DNA of 64,000 nucleotides from Escherichia coli (GTDB lineage Bacteria; Pseudomonadota; Gammaproteobacteria; Enterobacterales; Enterobacteriaceae): NCBI RefSeq assembly GCF_030013595.1, contig NZ_CP122768.1; one strand, 5' to 3'. Shown piece by piece: positions 62,993 to 64,000 of this stretch (position 1 is its first letter; each line of letters starts with the position of its first letter). The notes under the pieces were generated by a model. It saw only the letters and a program-made list of their open reading frames with translations, ran no database searches and was not told where the DNA came from. The position numbers and the translations under genes were made by a program.

Positions 62993-63874
62993 ATGACACG
63001 ACAAAAAGCAACGCTCATAGGGCTAATAGCGATCGTCCTGTGGAGCACGATGGTAGGATTGATTCGCGGTGTCAGTGAGGGGCTCGGCCCGGTCGGCGGC
63101 GCAGCTGCTATCTATTCATTAAGCGGGCTGCTGTTAATCTTCACGGTTGGATTTCCGCGTATTCGGCAGATCCCGAAAGGCTATTTACTCGCCGGGTGTC
63201 TGTTATTCGTCAGCTATGAAATCTGTCTGGCGCTTTCCTTAGGATATGCGGCGACCCGTCATCAGGCGATTGAAGTGGGTATGGTGAACTATCTGTGGCC
63301 CAGCCTGACAATTCTCTTTGCCATTCTGTTTAATGGTCAGAAAACCAACTGGCTGATTGTACCAGGATTATTATTGGCCCTGGTTGGCGTCTGCTGGGTG
63401 TTAGGCGGTGACAATGGGTTACATTATGATGAAATCATCAATAATATCACCACCAGCCCATTGAGTTATTTCCTGGCGTTTATTGGTGCGTTTATCTGGG
63501 CAGCCTATTGCACAGTAACGAATAAATACGCACGCGGATTTAACGGAATTACCGTTTTTGTCCTGCTAACGGGAGCAAGTCTGTGGGTTTACTATTTTCT
63601 CACGCCACAACCAGAAATGGTATTTAGCACGCCCGTCATGATTAAACTCATCTCTGCGGCATTTACCTTAGGATTTGCTTATGCTGCATGGAACGTCGGT
63701 ATATTACATGGCAACGTCACCATTATGGCGGTAGGTTCGTATTTTACGCCCGTCCTTTCCTCAGCGCTTGCAGCCGTGCTGCTCAGCGCCCCGCTGTCGT
63801 TCTCGTTCTGGCAAGGCGCGCTAATGGTCTGCGGCGGTTCCCTGCTCTGCTGGCTGGCGACACGTCGTGGCTAA
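62993..63874 (+). CDS. yddG: Aromatic amino acid exporter (DMT superfamily)
   Basis: 293 aa; 10-TM EamA-like transporter; adjacent and divergent to fdnG as in K-12. Confidence 0.95.
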   Translation: MTRQKATLIGLIAIVLWSTMVGLIRGVSEGLGPVGGAAAIYSLSGLLLIFTVGFPRIRQIPKGYLLAGCLLFVSYEICLALSLGYAATRHQAIEVGMVNYLWPSLTILFAILFNGQKTNWLIVPGLLLALVGVCWVLGGDNGLHYDEIINNITTSPLSYFLAFIGAFIWAAYCTVTNKYARGFNGITVFVLLTGASLWVYYFLTPQPEMVFSTPVMIKLISAAFTLGFAYAAWNVGILHGNVTIMAVGSYFTPVLSSALAAVLLSAPLSFSFWQGALMVCGGSLLCWLATRRG

Positions 63875-64000
63875 AATAATTGTCGGGTCTACGGCCCGGC
63901 AGTTAAACAGATAAATTCCGACAATATAAAAAAATAAATTTCAAATACCAGTAGTTCACCTTATATTTCATTTCGACTTCGATCACATATCGATAAATAA

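Noticed and set aside
1-64000. CRISPR arrays, tRNA or rRNA genes
   Set aside because: No regularly spaced direct repeats of 25-40 bp and no tRNA- or rRNA-like sequences were seen on reading through; this is a by-eye check and short arrays could be missed.

Overview
Escherichia coli chromosomal segment, in reverse orientation relative to the K-12 map. Positions ~16.5-64 kb are the conserved yneL / F9 (yde) fimbrial / ydeP-safA-ydeO / ydeNM / yddAB / pqqL / gadBC / yddW / dosCP / ddpXABCDF / osmC / bdm / sra / maeA / adhP / yddM / fdnGHI / yddG block, recognised from recalled K-12 protein sequences and gene order. Positions ~1-16.5 kb are accessory and, as far as I recall, not present at this locus in K-12. 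They hold (i) a visibly AT-rich three-gene operon on the minus strand (1892-6195) encoding an SMC/Rad50-like ABC ATPase with a central CxxC zinc-hook motif, a ~250 aa middle protein and a ~420 aa putative effector, which I interpret as a Lamassu-family (ABC-three-component) anti-phage/anti-plasmid candidate; (ii) an adjacent IS91-family element; (iii) an Xre-HTH gene whose reading frame is broken at an A6 tract before a DUF2384-like (ParS/MbcA antitoxin-type) segment cut by the window edge; and (iv) a LysR-controlled cluster of small redox/detoxification enzymes bracketed by GTTCATGAAC-type palindromes. Other notable points: a frameshifted F9 usher, an in-frame amber stop in yddB, the fdnG selenocysteine UGA, and GAD/EvgA boxes. 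No rRNA, tRNA or CRISPR array was seen. All domain assignments are by eye from the six-frame translations; no database search or GC computation was run.
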